Assembly (NCBI GenBank): GCA_045803545.1
Contig: JBJMOW010000005.1
Span: forward strand, 608,001 to 672,000
Direction: 5' to 3'
Origin: Gemmatimonadaceae bacterium
GTDB lineage: Bacteria; Gemmatimonadota; Gemmatimonadetes; Gemmatimonadales; Gemmatimonadaceae
DNA length: 64,000 bases
Shown here: positions 28,326 through 37,278 of the stretch, in pieces
Position numbering within the stretch: the stretch's first letter is position 1
How the letters are laid out: the number at the start of each line of letters is the position of its first letter
Notes under the pieces: model-generated
What the model saw: only the letters and a program-made list of their open reading frames with translations
Told to the model about the DNA's origin: nothing
The model's database searches: none
Position numbers and translations under genes: made by a program

Positions 28326-29075
28326 ATGAGTCGTCCGGAGCGATCACTCCGCACGAGCCCGTTGGTCAAACCTGGCGAACTATCGTTTGCCGAGGCGTTC
28401 GAGAACGCGCCGCATGCAATGGCGCTGGTGAGCGAGCGCGGCACACTGCTATATGTCAATCGTTCGCTGTGTCGGATGCTTGGCTTTGGGCGGGATCAGC
28501 TCCTCAGGCAGAATGTCTGTGCGATTACCCATCCGGATGATCTACAGACGGAATTGGAGCAGCGGCAGCGTTTGACGCGCGCCGATATCGGGCGCTATGA
28601 GCTAATGCAACGTTATCTGCGCAAGAATGGCGAGCCCGTCTGGGTAAGACTGTCGGTTTCCGCTACGCGGCGAAGTGCGCGCCACCTTGCATATCTCGTC
28701 GTCCAGGTTGAGGCCGTCGCGCCCCCGCGCTGCGGGCCGGCCACGGAAGGGGACGCGTTTCTTCGTCGATTTGGTGACGCCACGCTTTCGGCGATGCACG
28801 AGATCGGAAATACGCTGACGCCGCTGATGGTGAACGCTGAGCTCATCGTCGAGCAGTCGCGGAACCAGCCGCTCAGCGACTTCGCCCACGAGATCTTCAA
28901 GGCAGCCCGCAGAATCGCGTTCACGCTGCGCCGGTTGCGCGGGATCGACGATCGCCAGCCCGTTGCCTATGTCGGCGCAGATCGCATGCTCGATCTGCGA
29001 CTGGTTGCCCCGCGCGTTTCAGCCGACAATGCCGAACCGCCCGTCCTTGAGCAATCGCTGGACAGCGGACAGTAG
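28326..29075 (+). CDS. PAS + DHp-like protein lacking an ATPase domain
   Basis: PAS/PAC (AFENAPHAMAL, ITHPDD, RYLRKNGEPVWV) and H-box-like MHEIGNTLTPL; no N or G boxes. Confidence 0.8.
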   Translation: MSRPERSLRTSPLVKPGELSFAEAFENAPHAMALVSERGTLLYVNRSLCRMLGFGRDQLLRQNVCAITHPDDLQTELEQRQRLTRADIGRYELMQRYLRKNGEPVWVRLSVSATRRSARHLAYLVVQVEAVAPPRCGPATEGDAFLRRFGDATLSAMHEIGNTLTPLMVNAELIVEQSRNQPLSDFAHEIFKAARRIAFTLRRLRGIDDRQPVAYVGADRMLDLRLVAPRVSADNAEPPVLEQSLDSGQ

Positions 29076-29116
29076 CGGCGCCAGAATAGTGGCCTTCCTC
29101 TTTTCGGAGCCGCACC

Positions 29117-29677
29117 ATGAAAATCGGGATTTACACAGCGGCGCTGGTAGCGCTGGCAATTGCGCCGCGCATCGCAGCGTCACAGCAGGCAACCATGGCG
29201 GCAACGTCGGCGAACCCTGTATCGGACGCCTTTCGCGACTACGCCAAGTCCTCGGAGAAGAACTTGATTGCCGCCGCTGAAGCGTTTTCGGCGGACAAAT
29301 ACGGTTACAAGCCGACGCCCGCGCAGATGAGCGTCGGTGACATTGTGGTGCATCTCTCGCAGGGCAACGACTACCTATGTGGCGCGATCGGCGGGATGAA
29401 GGCGCCGCAGCGGACAACGGTTGCCGCAACGGAGAGCAAAGAGGCACTCGTTGCCAGGCTGCGCGAGACGTTCGCATTCTGCGACCAGGCCCTGGCGTCG
29501 GTAACAGACGCGACGATGGGTGAACAGCTACCGTTTTTCGGAGGACGAAAGATGACGCGCGCCGCGATCATGACGCTAACGACCGGTGATTGGGCGGACC
29601 ATTACAGTCAGTACGCCAACTATCTGCGTCTCAATGGCATGCTGCCGCCAACTGCGAATCGTTCAGCAGGCCAATAG
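29117..29677 (+). CDS. Secreted DinB-family protein
   Basis: Signal peptide; YGYKPTPAQMS...VHL; ADHYSQYANYLRLNGMLPP. Confidence 0.88.
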   Translation: MKIGIYTAALVALAIAPRIAASQQATMAATSANPVSDAFRDYAKSSEKNLIAAAEAFSADKYGYKPTPAQMSVGDIVVHLSQGNDYLCGAIGGMKAPQRTTVAATESKEALVARLRETFAFCDQALASVTDATMGEQLPFFGGRKMTRAAIMTLTTGDWADHYSQYANYLRLNGMLPPTANRSAGQ

Positions 29678-29699
29678 CGCCAGTACTTTCCTCTGAAAC

Positions 29700-29734
29700 A
29701 AAAAACCCCGCACCATCATCGGTGCGGGGTTTTT
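29700..29734. terminator. Bidirectional intrinsic terminator
   Basis: AAAAAACCCCGCACC-ATCATC-GGTGCGGGGTTTTT. Confidence 0.85.
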
Positions 29735-29746
29735 GGTAAGCCCGCT

Positions 29747-32722
29747 CTACTTCCGCGACTTCGCCTTGAGCTCCTCGAACCAGTTGTCGACGACGATTAG
29801 CTCGTCTGGGGCGCTGCCAGCAACCCGACGAATCATGATGAATCGGCGGTCGTCCGGCGCGATCGCATACTGTGCTCCATTCGGCCAGGAGAAGTATGCT
29901 GCGGCAGGAAAAAGAGCCGTTGAGCGTCCTAGCGAAAATGTCGGACCAGATTTCACCTTGACGGATATCAAGCTGCCCGCAACGTCACGGTAGAACAGCT
30001 CTTTACCGTTGTGGGACCAAAGCGGCTCGGTGCCTCCGCCAGTCGAGACAGCCCACTTTGCGGCGGCAGTCTTCGGGAACGGCACGACGTAGACATCGTA
30101 CTGACCGGACTCGTTCGATGTATACGCAAGCCACCGTCCGTCCGGAGAAATCGCCGGAGCAAATTCGCTGAACTTGGTCGCCAGCAGCGGAACGGCAGCG
30201 GTGTCGATTCCAGGTCGGAATCCGAGAATGTCTGCGTGTTCAATCCCACCTCTTCGGAAGACAAGCCATTTTCCGTCGGGAGACCAGCGCGGACTGTAAG
30301 CGCCGCGCTTTTCGCGTATTTGCAGCACCGCTTGCGTGCTGCCGTCAGCGCGCTTCGTCCACAGATCGAACGAGCCTGCCGCATTCGAAGTGAACGTCAC
30401 TGATTTGCCGTCTGGTGTCCACGCGGTGTAACGGTCCGACTTTTCTTCGAGCGTCAACTTGGTGCTCGGCCCGCGATCCAGCTGCTTTATCCAGATGTCA
30501 TTTCTTTGGGCGATAACGTCGTAGCCGAAGTTGGGTAGCAATGAGACCGCGAGCCGCCTGCCATCTGGCGCCACCGAGGGATCACCAAAAGTGCCCTGCC
30601 AATCGCCATCGATCGGTTGCGCCTTACCATCGCGCGCAACCCAGACGAGCTCCTGTTTCACTGTTCCTGCGCCGCGAGTGTAGACAAGCGTACCCTCGTC
30701 TGAGACGGCAAGATCGACGGCCGACGAAGGGGTCAGGCGAACACCTTCGACAAGTGACGTAGGCTCTCCAGTGACCTTCATAGCGTTCTGATCGAACGGC
30801 ACTACCATCAGCGTTCTATCCGTCGTCACGTAGAGCAGGTGACCGGTTCGGACATATCGCGCGTAAACAGCGTTGTTCACAATCGTACGGCGCTTCCGCG
30901 AAGACACATCAACAACGCCGATGGACCTGGCTGCGCCTCTCACACCAACCGCGATCAGAATGCCTTTGCCATTTGGCAAAACCTCCGGCCAGGAGTGATC
31001 GAGCTCCGCCAACGCTGTGTCCAACGTCGTGAACCGCTCCGGCACTGCGCCGGCTTTTGCCTCAACACGAATGAGAGGCTCCGCGTCCCTGCCATCGATG
31101 TAGATGTATCCGTCTCGCCCCCAGGATGCGCCTGCCAATCCGATGAGCGAGTCTGTCACGGTGATTAGCGGACCTCCACTCAGGGACGCGATCTGAAGCT
31201 TGCTGCCGCCGGTGACGAAGCCCACCCGCTGCCCATCGGGGGAGAAAAATGGAGTCTGCGCCCCTTCGCTTCCTGGTACTGCGGTGGCGTGCAACTCATT
31301 TCGCTGACGCACCAGAAGCTGCGCATGCGGGCCGCCGACGTACGCCAGACGCGATCCGTCAGGTGAGAGCGTCAGTCGTCCCCAGAAATACCCAATGGGT
31401 TGAATCAGCGCTTCGGTAGAGTCGAACACGTAGCTGTATCTCACCACCTGCTTCGCAGGGGCAGGATGCATCCAACCCCAGACGAGCGTCGCAGCTAAGA
31501 GAATTGCGACCGCGGTCACACCATAGAGGATCTGGCGCAGGCGGGTCGACCGATCTTGCCCGACAACTTTCGCTGGAGCGCTTGACGACAGGAATGCACG
31601 TCGACGCTGATTGGTGGGCGGTCGTGGCGCCTCGGGCATCACGCTCGCGACGACAGGCCGGTCTGGATCGGTGGTTCCGTCGGCGAGCGTCCGGGTTCGG
31701 GCGAGGTCGCCCAGCAGTTCCGCTGCATCCCCGTAACGCTCGGCGGGCTCCTTCTCCAGCAGCCGCACTACAACGCCGTCGAGCGCCGCGGAAATGTCGC
31801 CCCGATACATCGATGGAAGTGGGGGCTCGTCGTGAAGAATCGCGTGCGCAATCGCGACCTCCTCGTCCCCACTGAATGGCTTACGTCCTGTGAGCATCTC
31901 GTAGAGCACTACACCGAGCGCCCACAGGTCTGAACGTCCATCGACTTTCACACCTCGCATTTGCTCCGGCGACATATACGACGCGGTCCCGAAGCGAACG
32001 CCGGCTTCGCTCAGACTCTGATCCCGCGCTTTGGCCAAACCAAAGTCGAGGATCCGTACCGTTCCGTCTGGCAGCAGCATTACGTTGCCCGGCTTCAAGT
32101 CACGGTGCACGATTCCGGAGGCGTGTGCGGCGTGCAGCCCTTCTGCGATCTGCCGCGCGATCTCCAGAGCCTCGCCCACGACAATAGGACCGTCACGACT
32201 AAGCCGCGCTCGGAGCGTTTCGCCCTGATACAGCGGCATGGCCAGGAAGAGCCAGCCCTCGTCGCTCGTCCCCACTTCGTGGATGGTGCAAAGATTCGGA
32301 TGGTCGAGTGCAGCAGCCGCGTGAGCCTCGCGGAGGAACCGCGCGTTGGCGGAGGCGTCGAGGTTGTAGTGAGGAAAGAGAAACTTCAGTGCAACGACGC
32401 GCCCCAGGCGCGTGTCGTATGCACGATAGACAACGCCCATTCCTCCGGCGCCGAGCGCTTCGCGTAGGTCGAAGTGGGAGATGGTCCGTCCGGTGAGTCG
32501 AAGCGGATCCGACCCGCGATCAGACTCAAGCATGAAAGCAGTGTCAATCAGCCGAAGATCCACGCCGGCGGCAGCGTCGGCCTTCAACAACGATTCAAGG
32601 GCTCGATGTAGACCGGGGTCACTCGTCGCCAACATCCCCAGACGGGCCGCTCGGCCGCTCGCGTTCAGCTCGACGAGCTCGTCGAAGCCGGCCTGGATTT
32701 CCTCCCAGCGCTGAGCGTTCAC
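29747..32722 (-). CDS. Hanks-type Ser/Thr kinase with TM and PD40/TolB-like propeller repeats
   Basis: LGAGGMGVVY, VALKFL, HRDLKPGN, DFGLAK, YMSPE, TM segment, repeated SPDG motifs. Confidence 0.96.
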   Translation of the reverse strand: MNAQRWEEIQAGFDELVELNASGRAARLGMLATSDPGLHRALESLLKADAAAGVDLRLIDTAFMLESDRGSDPLRLTGRTISHFDLREALGAGGMGVVYRAYDTRLGRVVALKFLFPHYNLDASANARFLREAHAAAALDHPNLCTIHEVGTSDEGWLFLAMPLYQGETLRARLSRDGPIVVGEALEIARQIAEGLHAAHASGIVHRDLKPGNVMLLPDGTVRILDFGLAKARDQSLSEAGVRFGTASYMSPEQMRGVKVDGRSDLWALGVVLYEMLTGRKPFSGDEEVAIAHAILHDEPPLPSMYRGDISAALDGVVVRLLEKEPAERYGDAAELLGDLARTRTLADGTTDPDRPVVASVMPEAPRPPTNQRRRAFLSSSAPAKVVGQDRSTRLRQILYGVTAVAILLAATLVWGWMHPAPAKQVVRYSYVFDSTEALIQPIGYFWGRLTLSPDGSRLAYVGGPHAQLLVRQRNELHATAVPGSEGAQTPFFSPDGQRVGFVTGGSKLQIASLSGGPLITVTDSLIGLAGASWGRDGYIYIDGRDAEPLIRVEAKAGAVPERFTTLDTALAELDHSWPEVLPNGKGILIAVGVRGAARSIGVVDVSSRKRRTIVNNAVYARYVRTGHLLYVTTDRTLMVVPFDQNAMKVTGEPTSLVEGVRLTPSSAVDLAVSDEGTLVYTRGAGTVKQELVWVARDGKAQPIDGDWQGTFGDPSVAPDGRRLAVSLLPNFGYDVIAQRNDIWIKQLDRGPSTKLTLEEKSDRYTAWTPDGKSVTFTSNAAGSFDLWTKRADGSTQAVLQIREKRGAYSPRWSPDGKWLVFRRGGIEHADILGFRPGIDTAAVPLLATKFSEFAPAISPDGRWLAYTSNESGQYDVYVVPFPKTAAAKWAVSTGGGTEPLWSHNGKELFYRDVAGSLISVKVKSGPTFSLGRSTALFPAAAYFSWPNGAQYAIAPDDRRFIMIRRVAGSAPDELIVVDNWFEELKAKSRK

Positions 32723-33294
32723 TCGAGCGATTCACCATTGAGGTCGAGCGCAAGCCACGCTCGAGCGGAGCGGAGCTCGCGCTTGGCGGTTGCGAGCGAC
32801 ACTCCTACTGCGGTAGCGCTTTCTTCGAGAGTCAAGCCGCCAAAATAGCGGTGTTGCAGCAATTGGCCCTGGCGGGGGCTCAATCCCTCGAGGCGCTTTA
32901 GCGCATCATCCAGCTCCTTGACCGTCTCCAGGTTTTCGTCGGAGATCCATTCGAACTCGTCGAGGTCCAATGGTCTCATGCCGCCTCCACGTTTTTCGGC
33001 GAGGCGGGCGCGGGCCCGGTCGACTAGCAGATTCCGCATGACTTCGGATGCCAGCGCCAGGAAATGGGCGCGGTCGGGGAGGTCGACGCGGGGAGCGCCA
33101 ACGAGGCGGAGGTAAGCCTCATGCACCAGCTCGGTGGTGTTTAGCGAGCTCTCAACAGGCGCGCCCCACAACCGTCGGTGCGCGAGCTCGCGCAGCCGGT
33201 CGTATAGGAGCGGGATGAGGCGATCGCGAGCTCTGTCGTCTCCGGCGCTCCATTGTCGCAGGAGACCCGTGACCTCATATGAGGCAGATGCCAT
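32719..33294 (-). CDS. ECF sigma factor of the STK-associated type
   Basis: ATG at 33294 after AGGAG; VTGLLRQW...LNTTELVHEAYLRL...MRNLLVDRAR...KRGGG...RYFGGLT...ARAWL; ATGA-type 4-nt overlap with the kinase start. Confidence 0.93.
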   Translation of the reverse strand: MASASYEVTGLLRQWSAGDDRARDRLIPLLYDRLRELAHRRLWGAPVESSLNTTELVHEAYLRLVGAPRVDLPDRAHFLALASEVMRNLLVDRARARLAEKRGGGMRPLDLDEFEWISDENLETVKELDDALKRLEGLSPRQGQLLQHRYFGGLTLEESATAVGVSLATAKRELRSARAWLALDLNGESLE

Positions 33295-33433
33295 CGGTTT
33301 CTCCTGATGAGGCAACGGCAACCCACGATAAGGGTCGGAGGTCCCCCCGGCAAGCGGAATGAGCCGGTTCGACCGACGATTCCGTTCTAGGGGTGAGGAA
33401 AGACCAGCTCGCAATCCCGCATCCGGAGTCCCT

Positions 33434-34018
33434 ATGTCCCTCTCAAAGCGCAGTGGTCCGTTGTCTCGTGTAGCCGACCTGTTCAACTCGGCGACAAGCC
33501 CGCATCGGGTGCTCGTCGCCGTGATAGCAGTCGCGGCCGGTGTGTTTGCGTGTAGAGATACGACGACACCGAAACAGCTTTCAAAGTCGGCACCCGCAGG
33601 CGCAAGCGAAACGATGGGAGTTGGATTTACGAGCACGCTCATCGCGCGCGGTAACCTCGGCACGTTTCACATGCAGTCCAAAACCGCCAGTTATGACGTC
33701 GAGCTCAAGTCACACGACAACACTGACGTCGCAGTCGCGAACATTGGCATTGAAGCGGGTGGGAGTTCAGGTTGGCATTCGCATCCCGGGCCCGTCCTGG
33801 TTGTCGTAAAAAGCGGAACGATCACGTTCTTCCGCGCGGACAATCCGAACTGCGCCGCGGACGTTTACGGCCCAGGCAGCTCATTCACTGAGCAAGGCGG
33901 TCTCGTGGCGAATGCGACCAACCAGGGAACGGACCCCGTCGTCGGAGTGGCGACTTTCCTGGCGCCCCCAGGGGCTGCACTGCGAATCGATGCGGCGAAG
34001 CCTGCCAATTGTTCGTGA
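33434..34018 (+). CDS. Cupin-domain lipoprotein
   Basis: Lipobox VFAC; GGSSGWHSHPGPVLVVVKSG cupin motif. Confidence 0.82.
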   Translation: MSLSKRSGPLSRVADLFNSATSPHRVLVAVIAVAAGVFACRDTTTPKQLSKSAPAGASETMGVGFTSTLIARGNLGTFHMQSKTASYDVELKSHDNTDVAVANIGIEAGGSSGWHSHPGPVLVVVKSGTITFFRADNPNCAADVYGPGSSFTEQGGLVANATNQGTDPVVGVATFLAPPGAALRIDAAKPANCS

Positions 34019-34086
34019 TCAGATACTTACGCTGCAGCGAAGCGCCGCCGAGCGGCACTGCAGCGTACTCACATTGGAGGTGTCGT

Positions 34087-34659
34087 ATGTCTTACCGGAC
34101 CGCTGTACTTGTCGTTTCTCTCGCGGTTGCCGCAATGGCGTGTCAGGAACCGTCGACCGCACCGCACGGGGCGTCGGCGAATCGTGGTATTGTCGCAGAT
34201 CGTTCAACGGGCGATACGCCGAACTACAATCTCGAAGTCCTTCTGCGACCGTGTTCCAGCGATGTAGCGGGATGCGTCGCTGGAGGCGACGGTTTCGGTC
34301 ATGTGAAGTTCCGTCAAGCCGGCAACGACGATGCTCAGAGAATAGACCTCGGCGTCTGGGTGCGGGACCTCGCCCCCAACACCGAGTACTTCCTTCAGAG
34401 GGCGGTCGACACGAATCTGAACGGCAGCTGCACCAGCACGTCCTGGCTCACGCTGGGATTGGGCACCGCCCTTCCACCCCAATCGATTACGACTGACGAT
34501 AAGGGCACCGGCAGTCAAGATCTTTTCCGCGTCGTACCCAACCCCGCGGGCTCCACGTTCGACATCTATTTCCGCATCGTTCAGGCTGCAGCGGACCACA
34601 CGCCTGACCCCAGCAAGGTTGTTCTGATAAGTGATTGCTACCAATACAGCGTGAAGTAA
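34087..34659 (+). CDS. Hypothetical lipoprotein
   Basis: GGAGG RBS; lipobox AMAC; four further Cys residues. Confidence 0.78.
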   Translation: MSYRTAVLVVSLAVAAMACQEPSTAPHGASANRGIVADRSTGDTPNYNLEVLLRPCSSDVAGCVAGGDGFGHVKFRQAGNDDAQRIDLGVWVRDLAPNTEYFLQRAVDTNLNGSCTSTSWLTLGLGTALPPQSITTDDKGTGSQDLFRVVPNPAGSTFDIYFRIVQAAADHTPDPSKVVLISDCYQYSVK

Positions 34660-34671
34660 CAGGGGTTGGCA

Positions 34672-34764
34672 GAACCCCGCTCACGAATCCCCCGTGAGCG
34701 GGGTAATAAGTTCTGATTTATTGGCCTGCGTAGAGTCGAAGTACCGACGTCACTCTTGTCAGAC
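34672..34764 (-). repeat. Decayed copy of the tRNA-Ile 3' half plus hairpin (att-like)
   Basis: 34720-34764 matches 36591-36635 at 37/45 by manual alignment; followed on the minus strand by the ACCCCGCTCACG...CGTGAGCGGGGT hairpin. Confidence 0.8.
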
Positions 34765-34793
34765 GGGGTTAAAGGACACCAGCCGATCGGGGC

Positions 34794-35321
34794 TCACTCG
34801 AACATCGGTGGCCCGAGCCTCGTCATGCCGTACTTCGTTGAGATGGCATCGAGCTTGTCGAGAGGCGGCAAGCCACCGAGTGGCGTCACCGCCGAGAGCT
34901 CCACGAAGAAACCGGAGAACATCCCTGGTACCGTCGCGATGAGAAGCCGGGCGTCGGACGTTGTGAAGTTCTGGTACGCGTGGACGACGCCGCGGCGTAG
35001 ATAGACCGTATCGCCTGCGCGTACGGTATGCCGTTCTCCGTCGAGCTCGAACACGACCTCGCCTTCGAGGACGTAGAACAGCTCGTCCTCGCGCGTGTGC
35101 ACGTGGCGCGGCGGCCCGGACATCGGCGGGGCCACGAGGTGGAAGAATGCCAGCGTTCCCTCGGAGTCTTCTGCCGACACCTTCACCAGCGTCTCCTCGC
35201 CGACAATGTTCAAAGGCGCCTTCGTGCGTCCGTCGCGCGCAGCGACGATGGTGAACGCTTTCGGTGTCGGACGGCGCGGTGACTCTGCGAGCTCGGTGGT
35301 TCCAGCGATTTCGGTGTTCAT
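34794..35321 (-). CDS. Cupin-domain protein (quercetin-dioxygenase-like)
   Basis: GPPRHVHTREDELFYVLEGE and RGVVHAYQN motifs. Confidence 0.9.
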   Translation of the reverse strand: MNTEIAGTTELAESPRRPTPKAFTIVAARDGRTKAPLNIVGEETLVKVSAEDSEGTLAFFHLVAPPMSGPPRHVHTREDELFYVLEGEVVFELDGERHTVRAGDTVYLRRGVVHAYQNFTTSDARLLIATVPGMFSGFFVELSAVTPLGGLPPLDKLDAISTKYGMTRLGPPMFE

Positions 35322-35944
35322 GGCCGGTTCTCCTTGTGAAGGGTTGGTTTACGCTTTCGGACGCGTGCACGGGCCTTGGCCGCCGAGATCACCGCCTCGA
35401 AGGCCATCGCCGCGGCCTCACGCGCTTCCTCGGCCGAAAGCTTCCCGCGGTCGCGCAACATCTGCCAGAAGGGAGCGCTGTACATCGCGACACAGACGGC
35501 GACCAAGCGCCGGCTCTCTGCGGGGGAAAGGTCGCGGGTGACGGTCGCCAGACTCTGTTGAAATGCGGCGCGGCCCTCCGCGGAGCCGTGCGCCTGATAG
35601 TGGGCCATCGCCGGGGTGACGATGGAAGCGCGCACAAATGTCTCGTGCTGCTCGAACTGCGCGAATTGTGCGCGCACTGAAGGCGCGATGTCCGCTTCGG
35701 TGGTGGGCCACCGAGTGCCGGTCTCATCGCGCATCCGCGCCCACAGCGCGCCCCCCAAATGGCCGCGCGTCGGAAAATGCCGGTACACTGTTCGCGCCGC
35801 GATCCCCGATCGGTCGGCGATCGCCTCGTGCGTCACCTGCGACGCCGGATCGTCGTGAACCATTCTCATTGCAGTGTCGAGAATAGCGTTCCGGGTTGAG
35901 TCTCTTTGCCGGGCGTGCGCGGATCTAAGTTGCGGACTCGTCAT
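35318..35944 (-). CDS. TetR/AcrR-family regulator
   Basis: TRNAILDTA...IADRSGIAARTVYRHFPTR HTH. Confidence 0.92.
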   Translation of the reverse strand: MTSPQLRSAHARQRDSTRNAILDTAMRMVHDDPASQVTHEAIADRSGIAARTVYRHFPTRGHLGGALWARMRDETGTRWPTTEADIAPSVRAQFAQFEQHETFVRASIVTPAMAHYQAHGSAEGRAAFQQSLATVTRDLSPAESRRLVAVCVAMYSAPFWQMLRDRGKLSAEEAREAAAMAFEAVISAAKARARVRKRKPTLHKENRP

Positions 35945-35979
35945 GGCAGTATACTGTCATCACGTCAGTATTCTGTCAA
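35944..35979 (-). promoter_or_regulatory. Leaderless sigma70 promoter overlapped by two palindromic TetR-type operators
   Basis: Minus strand TTGACA-17-CAGTAT-6-ATG; TGACAGAATACTGACG and TGACAGTATACTGCCA. Confidence 0.75.
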
Positions 35980-36092
35980 GACTTAGCCCCAAAAGGAGAC
36001 GAGCGCACAGTTTGGGAAGCGAAGGTAAGTACAGTGCCTCTCCCAATCCCGACAACAAATTCAGAAACGGGCTGAATTTTTGTAAATAAAGG

Positions 36093-36183
36093 AAAACCCC
36101 GCTAACCTGCGGGGCGTTGCGGGGTTTGCTCTTTTGGAATGGGCCTGCGTAGAGTTGAACTACCGCCCTCACGCTTATCAGGC
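36093..36183 (-). repeat. Copy of the tRNA-Ile 3' half plus hairpin (att-like)
   Basis: 36139-36183 matches 36591-36635 at 43/45; followed on the minus strand by the AAACCCCGC...GCGGGGTTTT hairpin. Confidence 0.9.
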
Positions 36184-36207
36184 AGCTTGATAAGCCATGA
36201 ACTAAGC

Positions 36208-36501
36208 TCAGAAGTTCTTATTCGGAGGGATCTGAGCAACCTCTCTTTCGCGCTCAGCGAGTAGCTTGGTCGTGAAGCGCTGGCCCTCCGAAAGCCGTTC
36301 TACCTCAATGGCAATCGCATCCACGGCGTGCTGGAGTTGTCCGAGTCCATCGTGGATCTCTTTCAGGCCCGGATGTGGGACAGCCGTTCCGCTCGCTCCT
36401 CGCATGTACATCTTGATGAGACTGTACGCGCTGCCACAAACGATGGCGACGATAACAACGGTTGTGACAGCTGGCACCCACAAGTCTGGTGACATAAGCA
36501 C
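36208..36501 (-). CDS. Small single-TM protein with AVDAIAIEVERLSEGQRFTT motif
   Basis: GGGAGG RBS; TM segment; motif shared with 22257-22907. Confidence 0.8.
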   Translation of the reverse strand: MLMSPDLWVPAVTTVVIVAIVCGSAYSLIKMYMRGASGTAVPHPGLKEIHDGLGQLQHAVDAIAIEVERLSEGQRFTTKLLAEREREVAQIPPNKNF

Positions 36502-36543
36502 CCTCCCAAACGAGCACTACGGCCGCGTGAGAGCGAAAGTGCC

Positions 36544-36576
36544 AAACCCCGCGAGCGCCTAAACGCTCACGGGGTT
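36544..36576 (-). terminator. Hairpin/terminator after tRNA-Ile
   Basis: AACCCCGTGAGCG-TTTAGG-CGCTCGCGGGGTTT. Confidence 0.7.
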
Positions 36577-36591
36577 ATGAATTGAGGTTTA

Positions 36592-36665
<74 letters not shown>

Positions 36666-36861
36666 TTTGTCACCACGTAAACCACTCTGACGCAGAGTTT
36701 TGCAAGTTAGCCGTGCCCTGAGCGGGGGTCAATTGATTCTGGCCGCCTCTATGACAATCCCGTAATTCTCGATTCACGAATTCGTCAGGCGACAAGGTGA
36801 GAATTGAAGGCGGGAAAATCCGTCCGCGGATTCGTTGGAACTCCAACCGCTGAGTATTGAG

Positions 36862-37278
36862 ATGGGCGTACTCCGAAAAGGCTTCACGCTAATCGAAATC
36901 CTGATCGTCGTGGTCGTGCTTGGCGCCCTCGCTGCGATCGCCATCCCCCATTACGCTGGGGCGAAAACCAAGGCTTACCAGGCGGCGATGATGGCTGATT
37001 TGCGTACCGCCGCCATTCTGGAGGAACAGTACGCCGCCGATAATCATGGCCAGTACTTCTCGGGGTCGGCGACGGAGGACTCCCCGCTCAACGGCTTCAG
37101 GCCGTCAAAATCGGTGACCGTGACTTTCACTGCGTTCAACATCCTGGGCAGCCAGCTCGGTGACTGGGTGGCTATCGCACACCACGGTCAGTCGAGCGAG
37201 AATTGTGAGCTGCGTAGCGGAATCATTACCTGCACCAACGAACAGGGTTTGGCGACAGGCACGATCCGCTCGCACTAG
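36862..37278 (+). CDS. Type IV pilin-like protein
   Basis: Prepilin cleavage/methylation motif KGFTLIEILIVVVVLG; C-terminal Cys pair. Confidence 0.9.
   Translation: MGVLRKGFTLIEILIVVVVLGALAAIAIPHYAGAKTKAYQAAMMADLRTAAILEEQYAADNHGQYFSGSATEDSPLNGFRPSKSVTVTFTAFNILGSQLGDWVAIAHHGQSSENCELRSGIITCTNEQGLATGTIRSH

Noticed and set aside
29700..29746. Third tRNA-Ile att fragment at the far end of the array
   Set aside because: The hairpin has the same ACCCCGC/GCGGGGT stem, but no tRNA-like sequence lies between it and the kinase stop. It may be an ordinary bidirectional terminator.
36139..36212. Second complete tRNA-Ile gene
   Set aside because: Only the 3' 45 nt match; the D-arm and the 5' acceptor strand are absent.
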